From Ferroacidibacillus organovorans (GTDB lineage: Bacteria; Bacillota; Bacilli; Alicyclobacillales; SLC66): a DNA stretch of 38,190 bases. Location: NCBI RefSeq assembly GCF_001642725.1, contig NZ_LSUQ01000007.1, forward strand, positions 62,001 through 100,190, read 5' to 3'. A program made the position numbers and the translations under genes. Position 1 is the stretch's first letter, and each line of letters starts with the position of its first letter. Positions 9,418 through 18,425 of the stretch are shown here, piece after piece. The notes under the pieces are model-generated. The model was given only the letters and a program-made list of their open reading frames with translations, did no database searches and was not told the origin of the DNA.

Positions 9418-10143
9418 GTGATGGCAGACACATCAAAAGCAGAATTTGTTCACGACGTGTTTTCAACGATTGCAAAGCAATACGATGTCATGAATTCTGT
9501 TTTAAGTTTCAATCAACATAAATTTTGGCGTAAATTTGCCATGAAAAAAATGCGAATAAAACCGGGTGAACGTTGCCTGGATGTTGCGACAGGAACAGGA
9601 GACTGGGCGATTTCCATGGCAAACGCAGTTGGACCAAGCGGGGAAGTCGTAGGCATTGACTTTTGTCAGGAAATGCTCGATATTGCGATTCCCAAAACGC
9701 AACAGAGCGGTTTATCCAATGTGACAAAAATGATGTTAGGGAATGCCATGGCTCTTCCGTTTTCGTCTGATGAGTTTAACTATGCTACAATCGGGTTTGC
9801 ACTGCGAAATGTCCCGGATCTTGATCAAGTGCTGCGCGAAATGTACCGCGTTGTAAAACCGGGCGGCCTCGTCGTTTCTCTTGAGCTATCGAAGCCGACA
9901 AACCGATTGTTTCGCTCTGTTTACTACACGTATTTCAATCACGTTTTGCCCCTTTTGGGACGTATCGTCGTAGGCAATGACCAACCTTATCGCTGGTTGC
10001 CAGAGAGTTTAAAACCATTTCCAGATCGATTTGCACTGGCAAAGCGATTCGCGGAGGCGGGTCTTGAGCGCGTGGAACACTACGCGTTGATGGGAGGCAT
10101 CTGTGCGTTACACATCGGTTATAAACCGGAAAGATCAGCTTGA
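9418..10143 (+). CDS. menG: Demethylmenaquinone methyltransferase
   Basis: VFSTIAKQYDVMN, LDVATGTGD, IGFALRNV, EMYRVVKPGG. Confidence 0.95.
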   Translation: MMADTSKAEFVHDVFSTIAKQYDVMNSVLSFNQHKFWRKFAMKKMRIKPGERCLDVATGTGDWAISMANAVGPSGEVVGIDFCQEMLDIAIPKTQQSGLSNVTKMMLGNAMALPFSSDEFNYATIGFALRNVPDLDQVLREMYRVVKPGGLVVSLELSKPTNRLFRSVYYTYFNHVLPLLGRIVVGNDQPYRWLPESLKPFPDRFALAKRFAEAGLERVEHYALMGGICALHIGYKPERSA

Positions 10144-10177
10144 AGCAGGTCGGGTAGAGGGCAAGGCGGGTGTCTAG

Positions 10178-11155
10178 GTGAACCTAAGTGGGAATGTAGC
10201 TCAACTGTACCAACAACTTGAGGGCGATCTCGGGCGCGTTGAAGAGCGCTTGAAAGCGGCACTCACATGTGAACATAAAGAATTGCAGGATGCGGCAATG
10301 CATCTCTTATCTGCAGGGGGCAAACGTTTGCGTCCCGTGTTTGTCTTGCTGGCAGGCACGTTTGGAGACTACGATTTCGAACAGTTATCGAGAGTGGCAG
10401 TCGGACTGGAACTTATTCATATGGCGTCGCTGGTTCACGATGATGTGATTGATGACGCGTCGACGCGCCGGGGGACGCCAACTGTAAAATTTCTCTATGG
10501 CAATCGAATGTCGATGTATACAGGGGATTTCATTTTTGCACAGTCGCTTCAGGTTCTCACTTCCATTCAGGATCATACGTTTCATGAAATTCTCTCGAAG
10601 GCGATTCATCGCATGACCCTGGGAGAGATCGAACAGATTAAAGATCTCTATAATCTGAATCAGTCTGTTCGCCATTACTTGCATCGCATACGAAGAAAAA
10701 CAGCGTTTTTAATTGAGATGTCCTGTGTTCTCGGAGCGCATGCAACAAACGCAAAAAAAGCGCATCGCAATGCGTTGAGAAGATTCGGTTATTTCGCTGG
10801 AATGGCATTTCAAATTACCGATGATCTACTCGATCTCACCTCAACGAAAGAACGGCTCGGGAAACCTGTCGGCAGTGATTTGCGACAAGGAAACATTACG
10901 CTCCCTGTGCTCTTGGCACTCTGTGAAAAGAAAATTGGCGATGAGCTACGCAACCTGATTTCGCCTGACATGAGCGAAGATGCGGTAGAGTCTGCCATAC
11001 ATTTAATCAAATCGTCAACAGGCCTTTTAAACGCACAAAAACTCGCCGATCTTTATCTCATAAAGGCGAGTGAGTCACTCGCCATGTTGCCAGCCACATC
11101 CGCGCGCTTGTCACTCGCAGCGCTTGCGACGTACATTGGAAAGCGCGAGCATTAA
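10178..11155 (+). CDS. hepT: Heptaprenyl diphosphate synthase component II
   Basis: GGKRLRP, LVHDDVID (first Asp-rich motif), FQITDDLLD, GKPVGSDL. Confidence 0.92.
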   Translation: MNLSGNVAQLYQQLEGDLGRVEERLKAALTCEHKELQDAAMHLLSAGGKRLRPVFVLLAGTFGDYDFEQLSRVAVGLELIHMASLVHDDVIDDASTRRGTPTVKFLYGNRMSMYTGDFIFAQSLQVLTSIQDHTFHEILSKAIHRMTLGEIEQIKDLYNLNQSVRHYLHRIRRKTAFLIEMSCVLGAHATNAKKAHRNALRRFGYFAGMAFQITDDLLDLTSTKERLGKPVGSDLRQGNITLPVLLALCEKKIGDELRNLISPDMSEDAVESAIHLIKSSTGLLNAQKLADLYLIKASESLAMLPATSARLSLAALATYIGKREH

Positions 11156-11230
11156 TCATAAACTTGCATTGAGACGTGTGACACTGGTACGATGCACGTT
11201 GGAATCCAGTTTGAGAAAAGAGGGAATCAC

Positions 11231-11674
11231 ATGGAACGCAGTTTTATCATGGTAAAACCAGATGGAGTGCAGCGCGGGTTGGTGGGGGATATTGTAAATC
11301 GTTTTGAGAAGAAGGGGTTTACCCTCGTTGGTGCAAAACTCACGCAGGTTTCAAAAGAGCGCGCAGAGCAACACTACGCAGAACATAAAGATCGTCCATT
11401 CTTTGGCGAACTCGTTTCGTTTATTACATCCTCGCCTGTGTTTGCCATGGTTTGGGAAGGTGAGCATGTCATTTCAACCGCGCGCGCTATGATGGGTAAA
11501 ACCAATCCAATCGACGCGGCTCCTGGCACCATCCGTGGGGACTACGCAGTGAGTGTCGGTATGAACATCATTCACGGTAGCGATTCGGAAGAGAGTGCGG
11601 TGCGTGAAATTGCGCTTTGGTTTGCAAACGATGAAGTGACATCGATGGATAAAACAATCGGCCGCTGGATTTAA
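11231..11674 (+). CDS. ndk: Nucleoside diphosphate kinase
   Basis: [30 protein letters not shown]. Confidence 0.98.
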   Translation: MERSFIMVKPDGVQRGLVGDIVNRFEKKGFTLVGAKLTQVSKERAEQHYAEHKDRPFFGELVSFITSSPVFAMVWEGEHVISTARAMMGKTNPIDAAPGTIRGDYAVSVGMNIIHGSDSEESAVREIALWFANDEVTSMDKTIGRWI

Positions 11675-11709
11675 AGGCGTTTGCCTCGAGACATGGGGGG
11701 GTGAACTGA

Positions 11710-12483
11710 ATGGGTGATTACGATTCATTTGTCGCAAAATTCCACACGGCAACAGGCATTGATCTCACCCAGTACCGCCAGTCGCAGATGGAGCGCCGGC
11801 TTACGACGCTCAGAGATCGACGCGGTTATGCGAACTTCACTCACTATCTCGAGGCTGCCTTGCGTGACGCAGACTTGTTGGCTGAACTGATGGATCGACT
11901 CACGATCAATGTTTCTTCGTTTTATCGAAACCCAGAGCGATGGCATGCTTTTGGTGCATGGATCGCAAAAAATCGAGAACAGCAAGGCACCCTTCGCGCA
12001 TGGAGTGCAGCTTGCAGTACTGGGCAGGAACCCTATACGATGGCAATGGTTTTTAGCGAATTCATGACGCTCTCGCAAATGGAGATCTTAGCCACAGATA
12101 TTGATCCTCACGCGCTTCGTGTAGGAGAATATGGAGTTTACTCTAGAGACGACTTGGAGGCTATTCCTGCGTCCGTGCGAGAACGGTTCATCCACGTCTT
12201 TGATGACACCAAAGATCGTTTTAATGATGAGCTTCGCGCTCGGATTTCCTTTAGGCTTCACAACTTATTGCGCGACGACTTTCCGGAGAACTTGGACGTC
12301 GTCGTATGTAGAAATGTCCTCATTTATTTTACTGACGATGCAAAGGAAAAATTGTACCATAAATTCTCCAGATCGCTGCGTCCGCGGGGCATTCTATTTG
12401 TCGGCAGCACGGAACAAATTTTTCACTCAGAAACGTATGGCTTGTCACAGATCGCTCCATTTTTTTATACGCGGATGCCTTAG
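11710..12483 (+). CDS. cheR: Chemotaxis protein methyltransferase CheR
   Basis: TINVSSFYR, WSAACSTGQEPY, ATDID, CRNVLIYF; ndk-cheR synteny. Confidence 0.93.
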   Translation: MGDYDSFVAKFHTATGIDLTQYRQSQMERRLTTLRDRRGYANFTHYLEAALRDADLLAELMDRLTINVSSFYRNPERWHAFGAWIAKNREQQGTLRAWSAACSTGQEPYTMAMVFSEFMTLSQMEILATDIDPHALRVGEYGVYSRDDLEAIPASVRERFIHVFDDTKDRFNDELRARISFRLHNLLRDDFPENLDVVVCRNVLIYFTDDAKEKLYHKFSRSLRPRGILFVGSTEQIFHSETYGLSQIAPFFYTRMP

Positions 12484-12519
12484 TGTTGAGACTCCCGTGC
12501 AAATTGTATCTTCATCGTT

Positions 12520-12548
12520 TTGCAAATTAAGCTCGTTTACGCTATAAT
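12520..12548 (+). promoter_or_regulatory. sigma-A promoter of tRNA-Gly
   Basis: TTGCAA-N17-TATAAT. Confidence 0.82.
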
Positions 12549-12558
12549 TTCGTATCAT

Positions 12559-12634
12559 GCGGATGTAGTTCAATTGGTAGAGCGTCAGCTTCCCAAGCTG
12601 AAAGTTGCGGGTTCGAGTCCCGTCATCCGCTCCA
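12559..12634 (+). tRNA. tRNA-Gly (anticodon CCC)
   Basis: GCGGATG...CATCCGC-TCCA acceptor stem; anticodon arm TCAGC-TTCCCAA-GCTGA; T loop GTTCGAGTC. Confidence 0.97.
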
Positions 12635-12683
12635 AAACGAAGAATCGAAACTCAAATACGTACTGAGCGTACATTTATCAACG

Positions 12684-12714
12684 AAGACTTCGGCGAATCG
12701 TCCGAAGCTTTTTT
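12684..12714 (+). terminator. Terminator after tRNA-Gly
   Basis: AAG(A)CTTCGG...CCGAAGCTT-TTTT. Confidence 0.65.
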
Positions 12715-12793
12715 ATCTGTAGAGACTATTTTACTTGGTTAGCCTGTACTACAGGTTGGATCGGATAAAACATATTTGTACACAAGGAGGAGG

Positions 12794-13441
12794 ATGAAGA
12801 TCGACGCGCAAAACACGATCAAAATTGGACAAAAAATGCTTGTCGACACTCACGATCAGCGAGTGCGCTGCGCATGGTGTACGAATGATCCTCTGTACCT
12901 GCGGTATCACGATGAAGAGTGGGGCGTACCCAAACATGATGATACACAGTTGTTTGAGGTTCTCGTGCTTGAGATGATGCAGGCAGGTCTCAGCTTTTTA
13001 ACCGTTCTCAAAAAGCGAGAACGGTTTCGCGAGGTATTTGCCGGATTTGATCCGGAACGCGTTGCCAGCTTTTCAGACGGCAAGGTTGAACAGTTGATGA
13101 GTGACGCCGGCATTATACGCAATCGCAGGAAAATCCTGGCGACCATCGAAAACGCTAAGCGCTATCGAGAGATACAGCAGGCGATGGGGGGATTTTCAAA
13201 CTATCTCTGGTCGTTTACAGATGCGCGCGTCATTGTACGACCGACAGATCAAGAGGATGAGGTCCCCTCACGCACAGAGTTATCCGATTGCGTGAGTCGA
13301 GACCTCAAGAAAAGAGGATTTGCGTTCGTAGGTAGCACCATTTGTTACGCTTATCTACAGGCCACAGGCGTTGTCATGGATCACACCACGCACTGTTTTC
13401 GCGCGCGTGAACTACGTATAACTTCATTCCCGCTGCGTTGA
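12794..13441 (+). CDS. tag: DNA-3-methyladenine glycosylase I (start uncertain; 12836 also possible)
   Basis: RCAW, YHDEEWG, LE.MQAGLS, IIRNRRKI, LKKRGFAFVG, DH...CF. Confidence 0.93.
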   Translation: MKIDAQNTIKIGQKMLVDTHDQRVRCAWCTNDPLYLRYHDEEWGVPKHDDTQLFEVLVLEMMQAGLSFLTVLKKRERFREVFAGFDPERVASFSDGKVEQLMSDAGIIRNRRKILATIENAKRYREIQQAMGGFSNYLWSFTDARVIVRPTDQEDEVPSRTELSDCVSRDLKKRGFAFVGSTICYAYLQATGVVMDHTTHCFRARELRITSFPLR

Positions 13442-14473
13442 GCGCATGGGTTGCAAGCGAATTCTCGATTCGATCCGTCCAATAACATCATTACATGTAT
13501 TTTTTAATTCCGCTTTTACATAACGCTCTAAGCTTGGCGGTAGGTTTGGCAGACAATCAATTTGCGAGAGGATGGCCATCACGGCGGATGGTATGCTTTC
13601 TTTTGTTCCGTCCGCCACTTTTATTGCGATTCCCAAGCCTTTCGAGCGATGCAGCAATGCAAAAACCCCCTTTGCCCCCTCCTTTCCAATCAACTCCCCA
13701 TCAAAGGCACGAATCAGGCGCGTCGCAAATGAATCTTCTTCTGTCACCATTTCCGGGTGACGTACATAAGCGTCAAGCATACGCTTGACGGCAGAGGCGC
13801 GTTTTGTTTGAAAGTGAGAAGTGCGCGTCATGCGCGCAAACCCGCGTGCGATACCCTCAAGTGTGAGTGCAAACGTCGGTATCCCACACCCGTCAATGCC
13901 GACCTGAATCGCAGATTCTGGCGTCGCTGTAACATCTGATACTGCGTCCAATACGCGTTTTTGCACGGGATGGCGAATGTCTTCATAACCTCTTGTCAAT
14001 TCGTTACAGAACACGGCAGTCGCGAGCATGCCTGTGTGAACGCCTGAACACACATTGCAGATTGCCGTCATTGGTTCACCGCTTTTGAGCATCTCATCGT
14101 GCGCGTTACTACTGTAGGGCGGTCCACATCCACAAATGAGATCTGATATCTCACATCCGATACGTGCGAGCAGCGAGCGAACACCGGCTTGATGGGAGGG
14201 AAGCCCGCTATGGGAAGAGGCGCACAGAGCGAGCTCTCGATCACTCATTTGGAAATGGTCTGCCGCACCTGTCTCTAGCAGCGGCAAGGCTTGGATGATC
14301 TTTAATGCAGAGCGACCATACACTTGCACGGATGGAACTCCATAAAAAAATAGTAACTTACCTTGCGCATTGCACACGGCGATATGCCCATCGTGAACAT
14401 TTTCCACGATATCACCGCGAAATTCGACAGAGAGGAGGGAAGGTTGAAGTGGGTCATCCAGCGTAATTGTCAT
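13424..14473 (-). CDS. Class 3 (Rhizobium etli-type, Asparaginase_II family) asparaginase-like protein
   Basis: RG..VEN.H.G, RSALK..QA, CASSHSG, CSG.H.GML, DGCG.P, K.GA.G, KVADG. Confidence 0.85.
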   Translation of the reverse strand: MTITLDDPLQPSLLSVEFRGDIVENVHDGHIAVCNAQGKLLFFYGVPSVQVYGRSALKIIQALPLLETGAADHFQMSDRELALCASSHSGLPSHQAGVRSLLARIGCEISDLICGCGPPYSSNAHDEMLKSGEPMTAICNVCSGVHTGMLATAVFCNELTRGYEDIRHPVQKRVLDAVSDVTATPESAIQVGIDGCGIPTFALTLEGIARGFARMTRTSHFQTKRASAVKRMLDAYVRHPEMVTEEDSFATRLIRAFDGELIGKEGAKGVFALLHRSKGLGIAIKVADGTKESIPSAVMAILSQIDCLPNLPPSLERYVKAELKNTCNDVIGRIESRIRLQPMRSTQRE

Positions 14474-14613
14474 AACGCATAGGCTTTCCGAATCAGTATG
14501 CGAATACGCAAAGAACCGTGGGATATTACGTCTATTTTTTACTTTTTAGGCGGTCTTGGCACGCGAAGAGACGTTGGCTTGCGTAGGATAGGAGGAAGGG
14601 AGAGACAAAGGAC

Positions 14614-15036
14614 ATGCATGGAAATTTCCCCTTGTTTACCTTTCTCCAAGGAACGCATGAGAGTATTGATCTTGTCACAGCGGCACTTCTGTTAACGGGC
14701 CAACTCGCCCCATCAGGGCTATTTATCGTTCCGGCAGGGATAAATCTTTCTCTGTCTGGCCCCGTACTCGGTGGTGTCTTAAATCAGGGAATAACTCCAA
14801 CTGCTCGTGCGACGTTGCGTGCAATCGAGGTGCTATCGGCCGTACTATTGGTTGGTGAGGCATTAACAACCGTGGGGCTTTACATCACAGCGCAACGAGC
14901 CTCCATTGTATTGGGTGGCCCCATTCTTGAAACACCAAAATCAAAAACAAACATTCCAGGTGTTTCTAAAAAAACGTTGGATGCGTATCAACAGTTGCTT
15001 TTGAAGGGGGTTGGTAAGACTTGGCGCTTTACTTAA
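14614..15036 (+). CDS. Hypothetical hydrophobic protein with internal duplication
   Basis: 140-aa ORF with purine-rich leader; two similar ~36-aa units. Confidence 0.7.
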   Translation: MHGNFPLFTFLQGTHESIDLVTAALLLTGQLAPSGLFIVPAGINLSLSGPVLGGVLNQGITPTARATLRAIEVLSAVLLVGEALTTVGLYITAQRASIVLGGPILETPKSKTNIPGVSKKTLDAYQQLLLKGVGKTWRFT

Positions 15037-15064
15037 AATAAAACTCAACAAGGAGGGCAAGGCG

Positions 15065-15229
15065 ATGAATCAGAGTATTAGTTCAATCAAAGAGGAAGGT
15101 GAAGGCGTCACAGCGTCTGTAGGAACGTTTGGCTTGGTGCTCTTTCTCGCCATCTTTTTTTACTTTTTCACACGACCTGGAACGCTGCCAAAACCACAAA
15201 ACGAACCTCAGCGATCAGCAACGCAATAA
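15065..15229 (+). CDS. Small single-pass membrane protein, 54 aa
   Basis: RBS AAGGAGG; hydrophobic stretch VGTFGLVLFLAIFFYFF. Confidence 0.65.
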   Translation: MNQSISSIKEEGEGVTASVGTFGLVLFLAIFFYFFTRPGTLPKPQNEPQRSATQ

Positions 15230-15369
15230 GCGTGAATTTAGTCATTTGAATTTTCCCTCTAGGCGAATAATGGGTTGCGAACGTTACTACGGAGTGATAG
15301 TCTTAGATATGAAGGATCGTTGTATCGCGTCATGTTTCTTACGTCTCGTACTGAGAGCGGGGGGAATCG

Positions 15370-15483
15370 ATGAGTACGCTTGGCACGGTTCAGGATTACT
15401 GGGTGGTTGCCGTATCGGCTATATCCGTTTTATCAGTATTTCTCGCATTTTTTCGCGTTATCCATAAAGATTACGGTAGATAA
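15370..15483 (+). CDS. Small single-pass membrane protein, 37 aa (below the ORF track cutoff)
   Basis: G-rich RBS (GGGGGG); MSTLGTVQDYWVVAVSAISVLSVFLAFFRVIHKDYGR*; stop lies immediately before a terminator. Confidence 0.6.
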   Translation: MSTLGTVQDYWVVAVSAISVLSVFLAFFRVIHKDYGR

Positions 15484-15493
15484 CCGAAAGAAG

Positions 15494-15527
15494 AAAGGGT
15501 TCCCCATCCTGCGAGGAACCCTTTTTG
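15494..15527. terminator. Bidirectional terminator between convergent genes
   Basis: AAAGGGTTCC...GGAACCCTTT with A-rich left flank and T-rich right flank. Confidence 0.75.
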
Positions 15528-15537
15528 ATTTTTTTCT

Positions 15538-16533
15538 TCATTTATGTGATTCGAAATTCTTTCTCTCTCGGATCAAATAGAGTGGACGATTACGCACTTC
15601 GTCGTAAATTCGGCCGATGTATTCTCCGAGGACTCCCAGCATAAAAAGTTGGATGCCCCCCAGAAAGAGAACGACGACCATCAAGGAGGTCCACCCCTGA
15701 ATCGTAAGCGTAGTAAAGATCTTTAAATAGAGTAACACGAGAATAAACAAAAATCCGATCCCAGACGAAGCCATGCCCAGTTTGCTCGCCCACTGAAGTG
15801 GACGAAAGGAAAACGATGTAATCCCATCCAGAGAAAATTTCAGCATCTTTCGCAAGGGGTATTTCGACTCTCCGGCAAAACGTTCCGCGCGTTCGTAGGG
15901 CACCCCCGTTTGTCGAAACCCAACCCAGGAGACCAGGCCGCGAATGAATCGGTGTTTTTCTTTAATTGTGCGCAGACTCTCGACAACCGATCGATCCATT
16001 AAGCGGAAATCGCCAGTATCTACCGGTATTTCAATTTCCGTCATTTTACGCAGCATACGATAAAAGAATTTCGCCGTTGAACGTTTGAACCACGTTTCTC
16101 CCTCACGGCGCATGCGAACAGCGTAGACGACGTCATATCCCTCTCGCCACTTTTCAAGAAAATCGGCAATCAATTCAGGAGGATCTTGCAGATCTGCATC
16201 GATCAATATGACTACATCGCCGACGGCGTGGTCAATTCCCGCTGTAACCGCAATTTGATGACCAAAATTGCGAGAAAAGTCGAGCACCTTTACACAAGAA
16301 ATCTCCTCCGCGAGACGTTCCAATACGCGGTAGGTACCATCGCGCGATCCGTCATTGACAAATAGAAGTTCGTAGGGCAAATGGAGTTTATCCATCACTC
16401 GGATAAGTCTAGTGCATGTCTCTTCGATGACCAGTTCTTCATTGTAGGCAGGAATAACCACAGATACATAGGGAATTGCAGTTTTTCGTTCGAATCGACG
16501 CTTTATGTCATCAAAGCGCTCTTCAATCGCCAC
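15538..16533 (-). CDS. GT2 polyprenyl-phosphate glycosyltransferase (GtrB/YkcC/CsbB-like)
   Basis: SVVIPAYNEE, VNDGSRD, FSRNFGHQ, DADLQDPP, DTGDFRLM; two C-terminal TM helices; GEYIGRIY. Confidence 0.93.
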   Translation of the reverse strand: MAIEERFDDIKRRFERKTAIPYVSVVIPAYNEELVIEETCTRLIRVMDKLHLPYELLFVNDGSRDGTYRVLERLAEEISCVKVLDFSRNFGHQIAVTAGIDHAVGDVVILIDADLQDPPELIADFLEKWREGYDVVYAVRMRREGETWFKRSTAKFFYRMLRKMTEIEIPVDTGDFRLMDRSVVESLRTIKEKHRFIRGLVSWVGFRQTGVPYERAERFAGESKYPLRKMLKFSLDGITSFSFRPLQWASKLGMASSGIGFLFILVLLYLKIFTTLTIQGWTSLMVVVLFLGGIQLFMLGVLGEYIGRIYDEVRNRPLYLIRERKNFESHK

Positions 16534-16583
16534 CTTGGCTACCTCCTCGACCGCATTTCAACTCATTTGACGCGTCACACGAA

Positions 16584-18137
16584 TCAGGCGATCCATGACC
16601 CTGAGTAGTAAAGTCCACTCAAACGTAATAAAAAAATTGCGGAGACCAAGAGCAGTGGAATGGCCACTGCAATCCTCGGAAAGCGTTCCGCGAGAAGAAT
16701 GAAGCCCGGAAAGAGCATCAAAAGATAGCGCGGAAGACTGACGAGATAGTCAGGAATATTTACCGATGGTTCTGTGCTTGCGATCCACGTCAGGATGACT
16801 AAATACAAAATCCAATCCCCTTGCGCGCGGTGTACGCGGTAAGACCAAATGGAAAGTGCGATAAAAACAATGGACAATAGCGCAGAAATCAGCTCGAGCA
16901 ATAGATAATAGGATGCAAGAATTGGGTGCAATCCGGTAATGTATTGTCGGAGTGTATGAGCGTAGGTGTCCCAAAGGGGCATATATTGTCGGTGCCAGTG
17001 TTTTTCCGCCGTTAAAAATGCGAGATAGTGTCCATAGTGCTGATGAAGCCAAACCGCATACGAAAGTAAAAAGACAATGGGGAGCGTCAGGGACATGACC
17101 CTGTAGTCGAGCTTCTTCCACCACGCCCGCGTATAAAAACGAAAATCCATTCCCCGCCAAGATAGATACTGCCAAAACACCAGGAGCAGCAGGAGCGCGC
17201 CTGTGTTTCTCGTGAGCGTTGCAAGTGCGGTTAAGAAGCTTGCCAGAAAAAAGTTTCGACGATACGCATTTTCGACAGCCGCGAGACTAAGAGCCATAAA
17301 AAGCGCCTCACTGTATGGAGCATCAAAATAGTAAGAGGTCGGGAAAAAGGCAAAAAACAGCATTGCGAGGATGGCCACGCGCGTCGAAAAGAGTCGATGC
17401 GCAATTCTGCCGAGATAGTACATCGCGACAACAAACGAAACGCTTGAAACAATCACCCCACTTACCGTGTCAGGAAGTGTCGTCGCATCGTGAAATACGC
17501 GAATAATCACTGGATAAAATGGGAAGAAAGCAAGCTGTGTAACATGGACATACCCGTGACGCGCAATGGAGAGAAACCATCCCGCATCCCAGTGGATAAG
17601 TCCTTGAATGAGAAGCCATTTTAGCGTCTTGACATGATGGGTTGCCGAGAATAAATATCCGCCAAGCGTCACCCAGATGCGTTGAATGAGCGCAATTCCT
17701 ACGGCACACCCAAAAAAACCGGCATAGATGCGATTCTCCCGGTCATCATGTCGCGCTGTAAAGACAAACTGACGATTGGCCAGATAACCGATCAGCGTCA
17801 TCGGAATCACATTGACAATTTGCGCGAGATAGGCAGAACGGGTCAGGACGTGCATAATTTCATGAAGCGACCATTCGCTCATGAGAAGTAGGACAACATT
17901 CACCGTTAGAAAGCGCAGAACGAGTGCCGCGCTATATGCATTTTGGTTGAATGTAAAGCGCGCATTAAGGAAGTAGCTTGTCCCCATCCCGGCGAAGTAA
18001 CTGACCGCAAGCGCGATGGTTGGTGTGATGTGAAGCGCGATCAAAAGAAAATAGAGAAGAAGTGATACGGCTGTGTTCACGATTCCAATCGCTGCGTACG
18101 TAAAAAAGGTTCTAACGGTTTGAAGCACGAGTTTCAC
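16584..18137 (-). CDS. GtrA-family flippase fused to a PIG-V-like GT-C glycosyltransferase
   Basis: N-terminal ~130 aa is GtrA-like (GIVNT, SYFLNARFTF, NRQFVF); remainder has WDAGWFLSIARHGY, AFFPFYP, YSEALF, SLPRY and many TM segments. Confidence 0.8.
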   Translation of the reverse strand: MKLVLQTVRTFFTYAAIGIVNTAVSLLLYFLLIALHITPTIALAVSYFAGMGTSYFLNARFTFNQNAYSAALVLRFLTVNVVLLLMSEWSLHEIMHVLTRSAYLAQIVNVIPMTLIGYLANRQFVFTARHDDRENRIYAGFFGCAVGIALIQRIWVTLGGYLFSATHHVKTLKWLLIQGLIHWDAGWFLSIARHGYVHVTQLAFFPFYPVIIRVFHDATTLPDTVSGVIVSSVSFVVAMYYLGRIAHRLFSTRVAILAMLFFAFFPTSYYFDAPYSEALFMALSLAAVENAYRRNFFLASFLTALATLTRNTGALLLLLVFWQYLSWRGMDFRFYTRAWWKKLDYRVMSLTLPIVFLLSYAVWLHQHYGHYLAFLTAEKHWHRQYMPLWDTYAHTLRQYITGLHPILASYYLLLELISALLSIVFIALSIWSYRVHRAQGDWILYLVILTWIASTEPSVNIPDYLVSLPRYLLMLFPGFILLAERFPRIAVAIPLLLVSAIFLLRLSGLYYSGSWIA

Positions 18138-18310
18138 CTCCTCACATCACGCGAAAGCGTGAGATTATATTTACTTATGCTTGGATATTTCTGATCTGCC
18201 GTGATGCAGATTCCAGTCTTCGGTATCGTACCGCAAACCCGCGTAATTCTCTAGTATTGCCAGACAAGATCGTGTTTGAAACGAAGAGATGTTCAGCATA
18301 CGTTCAAGAT

Positions 18311-18340
18311 CATTGTGCGAGTCAGATGACTCGCACAATG
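18311..18340. repeat. Perfect 14-bp inverted repeat (hairpin or operator)
   Basis: CATTGTGCGAGTCA-ga-TGACTCGCACAATG followed by a T-rich tract. Confidence 0.85.
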
Positions 18341-18425
18341 TTTCAGTTTGTTTTGTGTTGTCCAAATCCATCGATCACCGTGTTATACTGAGTACAGTAA
18401 GGTAAAGGTAAAGGGAGGCGGACGA

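Noticed and set aside
12559..12720. Prophage or ICE attachment site at tRNA-Gly
   Set aside because: No integrase gene and no repeat of the tRNA 3' end was seen in the window.
13424..13441. 18-bp convergent overlap of tag and the asparaginase gene
   Set aside because: Short tail-to-tail overlaps are common and there is no further sign of regulation.
14474..14613. sigma-K-like promoters on both strands of this intergenic region
   Set aside because: Matches (CGTAGGATA on +, CATACTGAT on -) have mismatches or wrong spacing; too weak to call.
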